This document shows, in pieces, positions 8,029 through 18,108 of a stretch of 64,000 nucleotides of DNA; the stretch's first letter is position 1; each line of letters starts with the position of its first letter. The stretch lies in NCBI GenBank assembly GCA_963977015.1, contig CAXBMO010000004.1, forward strand, positions 224,001 to 288,000, in the 5' to 3' direction. The notes below the pieces were generated by a model that worked only from the letters and a program-made list of their open reading frames with translations, was not told the DNA's origin and did not search any database. Origin of the DNA: an uncultured bacterium. Its GTDB lineage: Bacteria; Verrucomicrobiota; Verrucomicrobiia; Verrucomicrobiales; DEV007. A program made the position numbers and the translations under genes.

Positions 8029-10854
8029 ATGCGAAACCTTCTCCTCATATTCACATCGGTCTCTCTCTTAACTCCCCAAGTCCGTGCGAACGAAGGGATG
8101 CAGTTCTTCGAATCGAAGATTCGCCCTCTGCTGATCAACAGTTGCTACGAATGTCACAGCGAGGAAGCGGGAAAGCGAAAAGGCGGGCTTTGGCTCGATC
8201 GAAAGGCGGGCTGGGAAATTGGTGGTGATTCGGGCCCGGCCCTGGTCCCCGGCGATACCGAAGGCAGTCTGATGGTCGAAATGATTCGCTACGCGGATCC
8301 CGATCTGGCGATGCCGCCGAAAACGAAGCTCTCCGATCAGGAAATCGCGCATTTGGAACAATGGATCGCGATGGGCGCTCCCGACCCACGCGATGAAGGC
8401 GGAATCGTCGCAGAAAGCACCATTGATCTTGAAGCCGGCCGAAAGTTCTGGTCGTTTCAGCCCATTTCGAATCCAGCGCGCCCCCAGTTGACGGACAAAT
8501 CCTGGCCCAAAGCGGCCCTCGACCATTTCGTCGCCAATAAACGCGAGGCGGCCAACCTCCAGCCAGCCCCGGACGCCTCTCGAGACGCGTTGCTGCGCAG
8601 AGTGACGATCGCGCTCACCGGCTTGCCTCCGACGGTTGAGGAACAGGCCGAGTTTCGCTCGGGAAACGTCCAGTTCGAAGAGGTTGTCGATCGCCTGTTG
8701 GCTTCTCACGCATTTGCGGAGCGCTGGGGGCGGCATTGGCTCGATATTGCAAGGTATGCCGATACCAGTGGCGGAGGACGCGCCATGCCGATGCCCGATG
8801 CCTGGCGATATCGCGACTATGTGATTGAGTCCTTTCATCAGGACAAGCCGATCAATCAGTTGATCCGCGAACACATCGCGGGTGACCTCTTGCCCGCCGA
8901 AACCCGCGAGCAACAACTGTCCCAGCTGACCGCGACCGGTTTCCTCGTGTTGGGACCTCACAACTACGAAAACCAGGACAAGGACTTGCTGAATCTGGAG
9001 ATTGCCGATGAACAGGTGGATACGATTGGCCGGGCGTTTCTGGGGATGACAATCGGTTGCGCCCGCTGTCACGATCACAAGTTCGATCCCATCCCCACCA
9101 AGGATTACTACGCCATGGCGGGCATCTTCCTCAGCAGCAAAACGGTGGAGCATGCCAACGTCTCCAAATGGCATACGGAGAACTTTCCCCCAACCCCAGA
9201 GCAATCCGTCGCCCTTGCCGCTTACAACGCCAAGGAAAAGGCGGTGCAGGAGGAGATCGCCGCCGTGAAGAAGCAATTGCGGGCTCTGGGCCAGATGAAT
9301 GTGAGCCTGAAAGGGAACCAGGTTTCCCAGGGCGAGCTTGGCGGAATCGTGGTGGATGACGTGGACGCGGAATTGGTCGGCGAATGGAAAAAGTCGACCA
9401 GCCAGCATCGTTGGGTGGATGCCGGATACGCCCACGATCTCAACAAGGAAAAAGGAGCCAAGTCGGCAACGTTCCGGCCCAACGTGGACAAGGCCGGACG
9501 CTACCACGTCCGGCTCGGCTTCTCCCAAGGCTCCAATCGTGCAAGCAATACGCCGGTGAAGATTCGCCACGCCGACGGAGAGATTGAGCTGAAAGTCGAT
9601 CAACGAATGCGACCTCCGATCGACAATTTGTTTTTGGAACTGGGAACCTTTCGCTTCGAAGCCGGAACGAAAGGGTTCATCCAGATTTCAAATCGCGGAA
9701 CTCAGGGCGTTGTCATTATCGATGCGGTGCAGCTCCTGCCGGAGGGGAGCCAATCCGGCAAACGCGAGAACGTCGCCAAAGCGGCGGATGCTCCAAAACC
9801 CGATCTGGAACGAATCGCGGCGCTGGAATCGGAGGAAAAACAGCTCAACGCCAAGCTCAAGAATCTCCAAAAGTCGAAACCCAAGTTGGGAACCGTGATG
9901 AGCGTGGCTGAAGCTGAGAAACCGGCTGACACGCCGATTCGGATTCGCGGTGTGGCACGGAATTTCGGCCCGGTTGCCCCCCGCGGATTCCTTCAAGTTG
10001 CGATGCAGCCCGACCAGAAACCGCGCATTGAATCGGGTAGCGGGCGACTGGAACTCGCGAATTGGGTCGCCAGTTCCGACAATCCGCTCACGGCGCGAGT
10101 CATGGCGAATCGCATCTGGCTCAAGCTCTTCGGAACCGGAATCGTCACCAGTCCGGACAACTTTGGAACGACCGGAAACCTGCCAACGCATCCAGAATTG
10201 CTCGACCATTTGGCGACCCGTTTGATCAAACATCAGTGGTCAACGAAAGCGCTGGTGCGCGAAATCGTGCTGAGCCGAACCTGGCAAATGGCCACGACAT
10301 CGAAAAACTCCGAGGATCCCGGAAACAGGCTCTATCACCACTTTCCGTTGCAACGCATTGATGCCGAGACACTTCGGGATTCGATTCTCGCAATTTCAGG
10401 CAATCTGGACGCGACGGCGGGCGGCCCATCGCTCCCCGCCGGGTTCCGAAGCGAGTTCGGCTACCAATTCAAAAGCCTTAAGCGCAGCGTCTACATTCCC
10501 TCGTTTCGCAATACGCTTCACGAAATCTTCGGGAAGTTCGACTTCGCGAACCCCAATTTCGTCGTCGGGCAGCGCAGTCAGAGCACGATTCCAACCCAGG
10601 CGCTCTACCTCACCAACAGTCCGTTTGTCCACGAACAGAGCCAGTTGGCGGCCAAGCAATTGCTGGAAAAAGAGCCAGAAAATCCAGATGCACGCCTGAC
10701 ATTGGCCTATCAGCTCGTTCTGGGCCGTGAACCGACTCCGCAAGAGGCCGAATTGAGCCGGCAGTTTTTTGCCAGTCACGAAGACTCGTTGGAGGCATGG
10801 TCCGGTTTGGTTCGCGGACTCTTCTCCTGCATCGACTTCCTTTACATTCGCTGA
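8029..10854 (+). CDS. Planctomycete cytochrome c (PSCyt1) + DUF1549 + beta-sandwich insert + DUF1553 protein
   Basis: Signal peptide; FFESKIRPLL..CYECH; ERWGRHWLDIARYADT; CARCHDHKFDPI; NPLTARVMANRIW; PTHPELLD. Confidence 0.93.
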   Translation: MRNLLLIFTSVSLLTPQVRANEGMQFFESKIRPLLINSCYECHSEEAGKRKGGLWLDRKAGWEIGGDSGPALVPGDTEGSLMVEMIRYADPDLAMPPKTKLSDQEIAHLEQWIAMGAPDPRDEGGIVAESTIDLEAGRKFWSFQPISNPARPQLTDKSWPKAALDHFVANKREAANLQPAPDASRDALLRRVTIALTGLPPTVEEQAEFRSGNVQFEEVVDRLLASHAFAERWGRHWLDIARYADTSGGGRAMPMPDAWRYRDYVIESFHQDKPINQLIREHIAGDLLPAETREQQLSQLTATGFLVLGPHNYENQDKDLLNLEIADEQVDTIGRAFLGMTIGCARCHDHKFDPIPTKDYYAMAGIFLSSKTVEHANVSKWHTENFPPTPEQSVALAAYNAKEKAVQEEIAAVKKQLRALGQMNVSLKGNQVSQGELGGIVVDDVDAELVGEWKKSTSQHRWVDAGYAHDLNKEKGAKSATFRPNVDKAGRYHVRLGFSQGSNRASNTPVKIRHADGEIELKVDQRMRPPIDNLFLELGTFRFEAGTKGFIQISNRGTQGVVIIDAVQLLPEGSQSGKRENVAKAADAPKPDLERIAALESEEKQLNAKLKNLQKSKPKLGTVMSVAEAEKPADTPIRIRGVARNFGPVAPRGFLQVAMQPDQKPRIESGSGRLELANWVASSDNPLTARVMANRIWLKLFGTGIVTSPDNFGTTGNLPTHPELLDHLATRLIKHQWSTKALVREIVLSRTWQMATTSKNSEDPGNRLYHHFPLQRIDAETLRDSILAISGNLDATAGGPSLPAGFRSEFGYQFKSLKRSVYIPSFRNTLHEIFGKFDFANPNFVVGQRSQSTIPTQALYLTNSPFVHEQSQLAAKQLLEKEPENPDARLTLAYQLVLGREPTPQEAELSRQFFASHEDSLEAWSGLVRGLFSCIDFLYIR

Positions 10855-10932
10855 TGAGCCCATTTTGGAGAACCCTGGGGCCTGTTTTTTGCTCTGGCAT
10901 TGTTCCCAAAACCACGTTTTAGTAGCGGCATT

Positions 10933-11412
10933 GTGGAATTTGAAGAGAATCCTCTCAACCCAGCAAATGTGAGGGAACCCGGCGCGCCGGTCACCCAGCT
11001 TTCCGTATTTCTTGAGAACCGCGTGGGAGCCCTGCTCTCCGTCCTGCGGCTTATCAACGAAACCAAGGTCGAAGTCCTCGGTTTGAGCGTAATCGATTCC
11101 GTCGATGTCACCATCGTTCGGATGATCCTGACCGACCCCGATCCCGTTTGCACGTTGTTCATCGAGAAAGGCATCGCATTTACGGAAACTCACATGGTAG
11201 TGGTTCAACTGGATGAAGGCGCTCATGGATTGACGGACTGCCTTGCCGCCCTGCTGGGAGGCGAAACGAACATCCATTTCAGCTATCCGCTGCTAACTCG
11301 ACCTGGCGGCAAGGCTGCTCTCGCCATGTGCCTGGAAGACACCGACTTCGGAGCTACCGTTCTTCGTCAATCGGGCTTCAAAGTGCTCTTTCAAGATGAT
11401 TTGAGTCGGTGA
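10933..11412 (+). CDS. Tandem ACT domain protein
   Basis: QLSVFLENRVGAL and NIHFSY motifs. The GTG start at 10933 is a judgement call. Confidence 0.8.
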   Translation: MEFEENPLNPANVREPGAPVTQLSVFLENRVGALLSVLRLINETKVEVLGLSVIDSVDVTIVRMILTDPDPVCTLFIEKGIAFTETHMVVVQLDEGAHGLTDCLAALLGGETNIHFSYPLLTRPGGKAALAMCLEDTDFGATVLRQSGFKVLFQDDLSR

Positions 11413-11455
11413 AGTGGCCCGATTTGCGTTGACCCTGGCCGCGACTTCCCACTAA

Positions 11456-13006
11456 GTGGGTGGTATCTCCCCGCCCCTCCAACGCCAACCTCACTTGAAG
11501 GTAGCGTCTGCCCTTTTTGTTGCAATTTGGTGCAGTGCTTCGGCTCTCGTGTTGGGAGCAGAGAAAGGGACAGAGATCGCGACGCGCTTACTTTTGGCTG
11601 AGTTTCAGAATGAGTTGCTGGCTTCCAAAGCCCAAAACACGCGTCCCGCCTCAACAGAGACCATTCGCGCTCGCCCTCTCAATCTGGATGCGAAGCAGAA
11701 TCGGCCCACAACGCCTGATCTGCAGCAGCTCCAGGATTTATTGACCCAATTTGGGCGTCATGCAGATCTCCTCGTGCGGGATCTGCGAAATCAACTCAAG
11801 GACCAGCCCGAGCTACGAACCCTGATGGCCGATGCCATCGCCAATCAAGTGCGCGGCTCGGTGCTTTCCAGTTGGTGCGCCTCCTCCCCGAATCTCGACG
11901 CCATTCGGCCCAATTGCCGCTCGCTTGACTATGAATGGAGAGCAATCGCGCAGCGACTTCAGGAAGTGAACGCTCCGGAAAGCGTGCAGGGTTCGGCCCG
12001 CGCCATCGATCGCGAATTGGCAAAGGTCCGCGCGTTGTTGGACGTTGAAATTTCGATCGACCGAGAGCGCTTGTCCGATCAATTGCGAACCACGACCGAA
12101 GAACTTCAGGATCTGCGCGAGCGCATTCGCCAGATCCTCGCCCACGAGGTTTCCGTTTCGGATTGGGAGCAACAAATCGCCTGGCTGGCGGCATCAACCC
12201 ATGTCGCTTCAGAGTTCTCTGAGACATGGGAACCGCCTCGGCTTCAGGAAGCCGTGGTCGCCTTGTGGAAGGAATTCACGGAGCTGCGCCTGGAATGGCG
12301 GGACAAATCAACGTTTCAACTTGATGCCGCGATTGAGAACGTTCGTTCCAGCTTTCGCGAAGCCCTGCGCCTGGTCGACCGTGATCCCTGGGTTGAGTCT
12401 GATGAGCTTCCCGCCGCCATCGCCCGGTTCCAGAACAGCTTGACTCCGGTCCGGGGAAACCTCGCCACCGGAAAATTGGTCACGATTCCTCAAAAGAGTC
12501 GCGATGAACTTTTGACGGAAATCGATCAGCTCAGCGAGGAATGCCGGAGCCTCCTGAATGACTTTGCGACTGAGAAATCGGGGAAACCATCCGAGATTCG
12601 AAGCAGGGTCAACCAACTCAGTCTCAGTTGGCGGCTCGTCGCCTCGAAACTCAAGCCGCTTCGAGCGCGAATCTATGTCGACTCCCAATCGCGCCTGGAG
12701 TTTTACGAAGGTCAAATCCGGGCACTGGCCGGCTTGCACAATATTTCGGAATCCACATTTTTGACCGAAGTCGCCACCGAAATCCGGGCGCACGCAAGCG
12801 CCCTGGAGTTGAACGATCTCGCGAAAGCTTCTCAGGAATTGGCGGAACTGGCTTCCGAATCCGAAAGTTCCGATTCCTCAACAATCCGCGCGCAAGTCGA
12901 ACGAGCAATCCGGAGCAGCCAACCAATTCTCGACGCCCCCGGAAACGCCATCAGTTCCTCCTTGCGACGGAAAATCGCGATCCTGAGTGCAGGATGGTAT
13001 CCCTAG
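11456..13006 (+). CDS. Hypothetical all-helical, probably exported protein
   Basis: 516-aa ORF with a hydrophobic N-terminal segment and amphipathic helices. Start uncertain. Confidence 0.65.
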   Translation: MGGISPPLQRQPHLKVASALFVAIWCSASALVLGAEKGTEIATRLLLAEFQNELLASKAQNTRPASTETIRARPLNLDAKQNRPTTPDLQQLQDLLTQFGRHADLLVRDLRNQLKDQPELRTLMADAIANQVRGSVLSSWCASSPNLDAIRPNCRSLDYEWRAIAQRLQEVNAPESVQGSARAIDRELAKVRALLDVEISIDRERLSDQLRTTTEELQDLRERIRQILAHEVSVSDWEQQIAWLAASTHVASEFSETWEPPRLQEAVVALWKEFTELRLEWRDKSTFQLDAAIENVRSSFREALRLVDRDPWVESDELPAAIARFQNSLTPVRGNLATGKLVTIPQKSRDELLTEIDQLSEECRSLLNDFATEKSGKPSEIRSRVNQLSLSWRLVASKLKPLRARIYVDSQSRLEFYEGQIRALAGLHNISESTFLTEVATEIRAHASALELNDLAKASQELAELASESESSDSSTIRAQVERAIRSSQPILDAPGNAISSSLRRKIAILSAGWYP

Positions 13007-13024
13007 CGAAGCGCCTTTTTGCAC

Positions 13025-13897
13025 CTAACCGACTTCGCGGTCGTGTTTGGAAATCGGCTCGATATGCGCCGTGATGATCTCCGGTTCCACTTCCACCTCG
13101 ATGTCGATATCGCTTTCTCCCTCGACCTCGTCATCTTCGATTTCGTGAACCCATTTCTTGGAAATCATCGGGCGAATCAGTCCGTAGGTCAGGTAGCTCG
13201 TGCAGAGCACCGCGGGCATCCACTCCCAGAACATCACGGTGCAGACAATCAGGAGAATCGCCAAAAAGACCCACAGTTGGGAGCGCTTGGTCTTCACATT
13301 GATCTTTTTGAAGCTGGGATATTTGAACTCGCTCAGCATCATGAACGAAGTCAGCACCATCAGGAATGGGAGCACGAACCTCCAGCCACCGAGATCGCGC
13401 GCATCATTGTTCAGCCAGATCAACATCAGCGTCAGCGATGAAATCACCGCCGCTGCCGCCGGGATCGGGAACCCCACAAACTCTTTCGAGTTGGATTGCA
13501 TCACGTTGAACCGCGCCAACCTCATGCCACCGCAGCAGAGGTAAATGAAGGCAATGACCCAACCCAGTCTCGCGAAATCGACCAGCACGATGTCCATCAC
13601 CAGAAGTGCTGGCGCCACTCCGAACGAAACGATGTCGGCAATCGAGTCAAACTCGCGCCCAAACTCCGATTCGGAACTAAAAACCCGCGCCATCCGGCCA
13701 TCGAGGAGATCAAAAATACACGATCCAAAAATCATCGCGATCGCGTAATAAAATCGATCCATGCTATCCGGAGCGACTCCCACAATCGGGATTTGCTCCG
13801 TGATGAGCAGAATTGCGAGAAACCCGCAAAAGAGGTTCCCGGCCGTCATCAAATTCGGCAGAAAATAGATACGTGGGCTTTCCTTAAAAACCGCCAT
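13025..13897 (-). CDS. pssA: CDP-diacylglycerol--serine O-phosphatidyltransferase
   Basis: LPNLMTAGNLFCGF; DLLDGRMAR..SEFGREFDSIADIVSFGVAPA; RLARFN; FVGFPIPAAA. Confidence 0.93.
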   Translation of the reverse strand: MAVFKESPRIYFLPNLMTAGNLFCGFLAILLITEQIPIVGVAPDSMDRFYYAIAMIFGSCIFDLLDGRMARVFSSESEFGREFDSIADIVSFGVAPALLVMDIVLVDFARLGWVIAFIYLCCGGMRLARFNVMQSNSKEFVGFPIPAAAAVISSLTLMLIWLNNDARDLGGWRFVLPFLMVLTSFMMLSEFKYPSFKKINVKTKRSQLWVFLAILLIVCTVMFWEWMPAVLCTSYLTYGLIRPMISKKWVHEIEDDEVEGESDIDIEVEVEPEIITAHIEPISKHDREVG

Positions 13898-14036
13898 AGC
13901 GGGGACTATGTCGAAAAAAACAACCAACCGCAATCAGCGATCTCGGTTCTTTGCAGACCTGAAATGAATTGGAATTCGAGTTTGAACTGAAAGCCGGAAC
14001 GAGAAAGGGTCGTCCAATCGCAAATCCGTTTGCCCA

Positions 14037-14597
14037 ATGACTACCGAATTGCCTTCCATCACCGCAGAAACCACCATGGGAGAACTGCTAAAGCACTACC
14101 CCGGCGCGCAGCGTGCCCTCTTTGCCCGCTATCACATCGGCGGCTGCCAGAGTTGCGGATTTTCGCCCGAGGAAACCCTGGCTCAGGTTTGCGAGCGCAA
14201 TGAGAACGTTCCGGTCGATGAAGTGGCTGCCCACATTCAGGAGTCTCACGACTCGGATCGGCGCATCCTGATTGAACCGTCCGAATTGAACGAGCTTCTC
14301 GGCAGTGCCTGTAAACCGCGCCTGATTGACATCCGGACTCGCGAAGAATACGAAGCCGTCAATATTCCCGGCGCTCAACTTTACAGCCAGGACCTCCTCC
14401 AGGAAGTTTTTGGAAGTTGGGACAAGGAAGCAACCATCGTGTTTTACGATCACACCGGCGAACGCAGCTTGGACGCAACGGCCTACTTCATTGGGCACGG
14501 TTTCGCCAATGCAAGGGCTCTCCGCGGTGGAATTGATGCCTACAGCGCAGAAGTCGATTCCAGCCTTCCGCGGTATCGCGTTGAGATGGAGGATTAG
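14037..14597 (+). CDS. CxxC (DUF1858-like) domain fused to a rhodanese-like domain
   Basis: HIGGCQSCG; LIDIRTREEY..IPGA; LRGGIDAYS..D..LPRY. Confidence 0.82.
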   Translation: MTTELPSITAETTMGELLKHYPGAQRALFARYHIGGCQSCGFSPEETLAQVCERNENVPVDEVAAHIQESHDSDRRILIEPSELNELLGSACKPRLIDIRTREEYEAVNIPGAQLYSQDLLQEVFGSWDKEATIVFYDHTGERSLDATAYFIGHGFANARALRGGIDAYSAEVDSSLPRYRVEMED

Positions 14598-14615
14598 GAC
14601 GGAATTCCTTCGCTG

Positions 14616-15191
14616 ATGAGTCGCCAATTGATTCTTGCTTCGGCCTCCCCCCGCCGGACCGACCTCATGAATGAGGCCGGGCTCACGTTTAAAGTGATTC
14701 CTGCTGATGTGGAAGAACTCGAGGATACGAGGCTCGGAATCGAGCCGCTGGTTAGTCAAAACGCGGCTCTCAAGGCACGAGCGGTTTCCAAACAACATCG
14801 CGAAGCAATCGTGATTGGGGCCGACACGCTCGTCGCGCTTGACGATCATCCCCTCGGCAAACCGAAGGATCTCGATCACGCGTTTGAAATGCTCAGTTCG
14901 TTGGCCGGCAGAACCCATGTCGTTTGCACCGGAGTTTGCCTAAGTTTGGGAGAATCGGGAACTGATGTTCAATTCATCGAACAAACCGAAGTGACGTTTC
15001 GAAATCTGGATGCAACCGCGATTCGAGAATACCTCGGCCTGATCAACCCTCTCGATAAGGCGGGTTCCTACGCGGCTCAAGATCACGGGGATCGCATCAT
15101 CGCCTCCACCAACGGGAGTTGGACCAACGTGGTGGGGTTACCGATGGAGCGGCTTCTTGCTGAATTGGAGAAGCTGCGTCTCTCCCATTAG
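14616..15191 (+). CDS. maf: Maf family nucleoside triphosphate pyrophosphatase
   Basis: LILASASPRR, VIGADT, LGKP, DKAGSY, NVVGLP. Confidence 0.95.
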   Translation: MSRQLILASASPRRTDLMNEAGLTFKVIPADVEELEDTRLGIEPLVSQNAALKARAVSKQHREAIVIGADTLVALDDHPLGKPKDLDHAFEMLSSLAGRTHVVCTGVCLSLGESGTDVQFIEQTEVTFRNLDATAIREYLGLINPLDKAGSYAAQDHGDRIIASTNGSWTNVVGLPMERLLAELEKLRLSH

Positions 15192-15374
15192 AGCGCGAAC
15201 ATAAGCAATTGGCGGAATCCCTCAATTGAAGGGTTGCGCCACAGCTGTGCGCTTCAATCTCTCAAACGGGCCCATCAGGCCCACATCGTAGCGATCCAAC
15301 GCAACATTTGAGAGTGATGCGCCAATCAACGCGCAGCGTGAATTCCAAAGTTCACTAGTTTCCCGCACAACATT

Positions 15375-15542
15375 ATGGAAGTTCTCTTGCTGACCATCTT
15401 TTTGAGCCTCGTTCTGGCCGCCGGATTCGTCGCCTGTTTTGTGAATGCCGCCCAACGGGTTGCCGAGCGAAGCATCGACCAACAGAGCCTCATGCCGCTC
15501 GATGAAACGGAATTCATCTCCGACCAGGAGGACCACTCATGA
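15375..15542 (+). CDS. ccoS: CcoS-like cbb3 oxidase maturation protein (55 aa, absent from the ORF track)
   Basis: Translated by hand: MEVLLLTIFLSLVLAAGFVACFVNAAQRVAERSIDQQSLMPLDETEFISDQEDHS. One TM segment and an acidic tail. ATGA overlap with ccoN. Confidence 0.75.
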   Translation: MEVLLLTIFLSLVLAAGFVACFVNAAQRVAERSIDQQSLMPLDETEFISDQEDHS

Positions 15543-17923
15543 CCGACGGGGAGAAAATCACGATCGAGTACGATGACCGTACCGTGCGATGGTTCACGAT
15601 TGCGACCGTATTCTGGGGTGTCGTCGCGATGTTGGCCGGTGTCTACATCGCCTTTCAGCTCAATTTCTGGCAACTCAACCTCAAGCTTCCCTGGCTGACC
15701 TTCGGGCGCCTTCGCCCCCTCCATACCAATGCCGCGATTTTCGCGTTTGTCGGCAACATGATGTTTGCCGGCATCTACTATTCCACCCAGCGCCTTTGTA
15801 AAGCCAGGACCGCCTCCGACCTCCTCTCAAAGATCCATTTCTGGGGTTGGCAGGGCATCATCGTGGCTGCGGCCATCACGCTGCCCCTGGGCCTGACCCG
15901 CGGCAAGGAATACGCCGAATTGATCTGGCCCATCAACCTGGCCGTTGTCGTGATTTGGGTCGTCTTTGCCGTCAACTTTTTCTGGACGCTGGCCAAGCGC
16001 AATGAGCCCTCCCTCTATGTTGCCCTCTGGTTCTATATCGCAACGATCGTTACGGTCGCCATGCTTTACATTGTAAACCACCTATCGATCCCCACGAGCT
16101 TTACGCATAGCTACCCGGTTTTCGCCGGAGTTCAGGATGCCCTCGTCCAATGGTGGTATGGGCACAACGCGGTCGCCTTCTTCCTCACGACTCCCATCCT
16201 GGGAATCATGTATTACTTTATCCCGAAGGCTGCGGGACGCCCCGTCTACTCTTATCGACTTAGCGTGGTCCACTTTTGGTCACTCGTCTTCATCTACATC
16301 TGGGCGGGCCCTCACCACCTTCTCAACACAGCCCTCCCCCACTGGCTTCAGGCCTTGGGAATGTGCTTCAGCCTGATGCTGTGGGCTCCATCCTGGGGAG
16401 GAATGTTGAATGGACTTCTTACGCTTCGCGGGGCTTGGCACAAGCTTCTGGAAGACCCCGTTCTCAAGTTCATGGCCGCCTCCGTCACATTCTACGGAAT
16501 GGCGACGTTTGAAGGACCGCTTCTCGCCATTCGCGGCGTCAACTATCTGTCTCACTACTCTGATTGGACGATCGGACATGTTCACAGCGGAACGCTCGGC
16601 TGGAACGGTTTCATGGCGGCCGGAATGATCTACTGGCTCGTTCCTCGCCTCTGGGGCACCAAACTCTACTCCACCAAACTGGCGGACTATCACTTCTGGA
16701 TCGGCTTTATCGGCATTCTTCTCTACGTCGCCGCGATGTGGACGTCCGGAATTCGCCAGGGCCTGATGTTGAACGCGATCAACGAAGACGGGATGGGGCT
16801 GAAATATGCACAGTTTGTCGAAACCCTGACCGGTGTCTGGCCCCTGCTCCTCTTCCGCGCCATCGGCGGCACCTTCTACCTCACTGGCTTCATCCTGCTG
16901 GTCTACAATGTGTTCATGACGATTCGCGCCGGGAGTCCGGCAACCTCCAAGCAGGAAGTCGTCTCTTGGAATGCCCCTGATCCAAAGTCTCGTCCAAAGT
17001 TGATGGAATTCATCGAGGGAGACCCATTCGCCGCCACGATCGGGATCATCTTCTCCGCCTCCATCTGGATGTTGGGCGGCCATGTCGTCGAATGGATCGG
17101 TCTCGGTCTCACCATCTTCTTTTCGATCATCGCCGTCCGTAGATTCAAGAAAGACACCAAGTCCTGGGTCGAATGGTATGATCGTCTCAGCGAGAACTGG
17201 ATGCCTTTCACGGTCCTGGCCCTCATCGCGGTTGCGATTGGTGGCGCCATTCAAATCATCCCCACGGTAACGGTCAATCGCGCTCACAACATTGAGGATA
17301 GAATCCAGACCCTCTACACTCCCCTTGAGTTGGCGGGACGGGATATCTACGTCAGTGAAGGCTGCTACAATTGCCACTCCCAGATGATCCGCACGATCAT
17401 GCCCGACGTCATGCGATACGGTGACTATTCCCGACTGGGGGAATCGATTTTTGATCATCCCTTTCAGTGGGGATCCAAACGGACGGGGCCGGATCTCGCT
17501 CGGGAAGGAGGCCAGCGTTCCAACACCTGGCACTACAACCACCTGGTGAACCCCCAGATGCAGGAAAACTCCATCATGCCGCCCTATCCCTGGTTGCAGG
17601 ATCAAAAAGCAGACCTGAAGGCTCTTCCCAGAAAGATCGCGGTCATGAACAAACTGGGTGTTCCCTACCCACCAATGACGCAACACGAGATTCAGCAGCA
17701 CGCGATCGAACAAGGGATGCAGATTGCGGAATCCATGAAGATCGATGGCGTTCTCGTCGATCACGAAAGCAAGATGGTAGCCCTGATCGCCTACCTCCAG
17801 AAGCTGGGTCAATCCGAAGAACCGGGGGACAATCCCGCCGAAGCCGCCGCCGCTGAACTGACGGCTCAACTCGAAGCCGCCCGCGAGGCCAAAGCCAAAG
17901 TTACCACCACTCAGAAGCCTTAA
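15539..17923 (+). CDS. ccoN: cbb3-type cytochrome c oxidase, fused subunits I and II (CcoNO)
   Basis: GRLRPLHTNA, QWWYGHNAVAF, WAGPHHL, IGHVHSG. The CcoO part has EGCYNCHSQMIR and WGSKRTGPDL. Confidence 0.97.
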   Translation: MTDGEKITIEYDDRTVRWFTIATVFWGVVAMLAGVYIAFQLNFWQLNLKLPWLTFGRLRPLHTNAAIFAFVGNMMFAGIYYSTQRLCKARTASDLLSKIHFWGWQGIIVAAAITLPLGLTRGKEYAELIWPINLAVVVIWVVFAVNFFWTLAKRNEPSLYVALWFYIATIVTVAMLYIVNHLSIPTSFTHSYPVFAGVQDALVQWWYGHNAVAFFLTTPILGIMYYFIPKAAGRPVYSYRLSVVHFWSLVFIYIWAGPHHLLNTALPHWLQALGMCFSLMLWAPSWGGMLNGLLTLRGAWHKLLEDPVLKFMAASVTFYGMATFEGPLLAIRGVNYLSHYSDWTIGHVHSGTLGWNGFMAAGMIYWLVPRLWGTKLYSTKLADYHFWIGFIGILLYVAAMWTSGIRQGLMLNAINEDGMGLKYAQFVETLTGVWPLLLFRAIGGTFYLTGFILLVYNVFMTIRAGSPATSKQEVVSWNAPDPKSRPKLMEFIEGDPFAATIGIIFSASIWMLGGHVVEWIGLGLTIFFSIIAVRRFKKDTKSWVEWYDRLSENWMPFTVLALIAVAIGGAIQIIPTVTVNRAHNIEDRIQTLYTPLELAGRDIYVSEGCYNCHSQMIRTIMPDVMRYGDYSRLGESIFDHPFQWGSKRTGPDLAREGGQRSNTWHYNHLVNPQMQENSIMPPYPWLQDQKADLKALPRKIAVMNKLGVPYPPMTQHEIQQHAIEQGMQIAESMKIDGVLVDHESKMVALIAYLQKLGQSEEPGDNPAEAAAAELTAQLEAAREAKAKVTTTQKP

Positions 17924-17925
17924 CG

Positions 17926-18108
17926 ATGTTTCACCGAATCGACTACGAGCAATGGACCACCATGGTCCCATTCGCCGCCTTCTTCGTCACCTTTATTGTC
18001 TTTATCTACTTTGTGGTGCGGGCAATCAGACTCAAGAAGACGGAAGCTGAATACATGGCGCAACTCCCCCTTCAGGAGCAACCCGAAACCAACGATTCCA
18101 CCAAATGA
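17926..18108 (+). CDS. ccoQ: CcoQ-like small subunit
   Basis: 60 aa, one TM segment, MAQLPL motif. Lies between ccoO and ccoP. Confidence 0.75.
   Translation: MFHRIDYEQWTTMVPFAAFFVTFIVFIYFVVRAIRLKKTEAEYMAQLPLQEQPETNDSTK

Noticed and set aside
15300-15335. Possible FNR box upstream of the cco operon
   Set aside because: GTGAT-N6-ATCAA has the wrong spacer; FNR needs TTGAT-N4-ATCAA.
16280-17971. 563-aa antisense ORF over ccoNO (similar cases: 8068-9603, 49959-51326, 54100-55413, 29837-30796)
   Set aside because: These are shadow ORFs on the reverse strand of well-supported genes, expected from GC-rich codon bias. They contain no motifs.
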